A stretch of DNA of 63,297 nt, filler included. It is 9 parts of 9 records of this genome, joined end to end, with 100 filler letters (N's around TTAATTAATTAA, not from the genome) between each part and the next. Parts side by side here need not be neighbours in the genome. Positions count along the whole stretch, not along the records: positions 57,934 to 63,297 come from SRR2962707_1324; 8 more parts are not named here. One strand, 5' to 3'. The notes beneath the pieces are model-generated. The model made no database searches and was not told the origin of the DNA. It saw nothing but the letters and a program-made list of their open reading frames with translations. Position 1 is the stretch's first letter. Every line of letters starts with the position of its first letter. This document shows, piece by piece, positions 62,001 through 63,297 of this stretch. The translations under genes and the position numbers were made by a program.

Positions 62001-62654
62001 AGCCACAAGGCGGCGTTGCAGGCCCAATGAGCCACGCGGAAACCAGCGCAGGCATATCACGGAGCGCTGATCTTGAACAACTCCGCCACTCAATGTTGTC
62101 GGCAGAGGATTGGACAACATGTCGAGTTGGCGTTGGACCTGGTTCAAAACGGGAATTGCAACAGTACGTCGATACAAATCACATGAGACAAGGATAAACA
62201 AACACAATGGGTGCGGTGCAACAACCGCTTCTGGTGGCGGTGATGGTGATACTTTCGTTCTGACCTTCGTGGTGAGGTTTTCAATGCACTCGGGGCTGAC
62301 GAAGTAGTCCTCAGCAACACGGGCCAGCGACACTCGTTCGTGCCGGGTGGACTTTGCGCTTGACGAAGCTGCGTTGTCAGAGTCAAAGTCTTCCTCCAAA
62401 CTGTCGTCCAAGTCTACTTCGTCGAAAGGGTCATCGATACCGGAACGGCTGCTTGCTCGCCCTGGGCATTGAAGGTGTCTCAGCCAGTCGTAAGTGCGCT
62501 GCATTTGGCTAGACTGCGTGCCTTGGATCTGGTTGCCCAGTGGAGAGTGCGGCTGCTCCCATTGAGGGCTATTTGACTGCCCATTTCCGCTCACTTCGAA
62601 TGCACCGGGCTCGGAGTCCGAGATTCCTGCGCTTGACATATCTGCTGAAGCCAT
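59053..62654 (-). CDS. AAA+ ATPase, Msp1/ATAD1-like, with long N-terminal extension
   Basis: [94 protein letters not shown] and [14 protein letters not shown]. Confidence 0.9.
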
Positions 62655-63039
62655 TGTTGGGACAAAAAGTAACGAAGATCGAAAGTTGGTTCGTGCTGTG
62701 AAAGTGCTGTTAGCGGATGCAAAGATTCTATTTGTTCGTAACTGCCGAGGTATTTTTGGTCGTTTTTTTGTTTCTCGAGTTTCGAGTTTATTGGCACACA
62801 AAGCACACGCCTTGTGTTTCACTTCTCGGAGACCTCAACAGCCTGCCTAAGGCCTTGTCAGTATGCACCGTCACACACGCTTCTTATTTTCGTCTTTCCC
62901 TGGTCTTTCCTGATGTTGTCTCGCCCCTGACTCACTCATCTCCGTCAATGACCCCAACAACAAACGACAACAAGCCAGACCTCCTCCCAACCTCCAACGC
63001 ACCCCCAACACGATCGGTCCACCGCATCGCCGTCACGAA

Positions 63040-63297
63040 CCACCCAGCAACCAACGAGCCAGACCAACCAACCAACCACCCAACCAACCAACCAACCACC
63101 CACCCAACCAACCAGCCAACCGCGCAGAACCCAACCCACCCACCCGCACACACGCCCAAAAGCCAGACTGACTTACTGACTGACACTCCTGCGTGCCTTC
63201 TTTCGTGCCTTCTTACGCGCGTGCGTGCGTGCGTGAGCAAGTCAGGAGAGTGAGTGAGTGAGTGCGTCACGTCAGTGAGTGAGTGAGTGAGTGAGTG
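63040..63297. repeat. (CCAA)n/(CCCA)n, (GCGT)n and (GAGT)n microsatellites upstream of the AAA gene
   Basis: Directly visible tetranucleotide runs. Confidence 0.9.

Noticed and set aside
1-63297. Alternative genetic code, readthrough or frameshifting suggested by the fragmented ORFs
   Set aside because: The breaks I traced resolve with ordinary spliceosomal introns of about 90-250 nt, and TAA, TAG and TGA all end genes.
63250-63297. (GAGT)n at the window end as a telomere
   Set aside because: The same microsatellite occurs at other contig ends and internally (about 7955 and 57960), it is interrupted, and it is not a typical telomeric unit.

Overview
This window is eukaryotic DNA: intron-rich, about 50-55% GC, standard genetic code. 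It most resembles a flagellated heterotrophic protist, probably a stramenopile, but the taxon is inference only. It is not one locus. Nine contigs are joined by an artificial 100-nt linker (44 N + TTAATTAATTAA + 44 N). Splicing exons by hand gives about 15 genes: a p25alpha/TPPP-domain protein; a CLC Cl-/H+ exchanger with a GC-AG intron; an LC8-family dynein light chain; a giant Cys-repeat/IPT multipass membrane protein; a secreted GH168/GHL15-like hydrolase; an MCTP-like C2/PRT_C protein; a single-pass PDZ+WW receptor-like protein; a ZZ-finger + RimI-like acetyltransferase; a long coiled-coil protein; meiotic HOP2; an NPHP3/TTC41-like NTPase fused to an ODA-docking-type coiled coil; a tandem-UBL protein that appears to be a very divergent Nup155/Nup170; a sulfotransferase with a hevein-like module; a protein with three copies of an unrecognised beta-rich repeat; and an Msp1/ATAD1-like AAA ATPase. 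I found no RNA genes, CRISPR arrays or transposons. The best candidates for novelty are the UBL-UBL-Nup155-like fusion, the NTPase-ODA-DC fusion, the eukaryotic GH168-like enzyme, the TM-PDZ-WW protein and the unknown repeat protein. All family calls come from motif recognition by eye; no searches were run.
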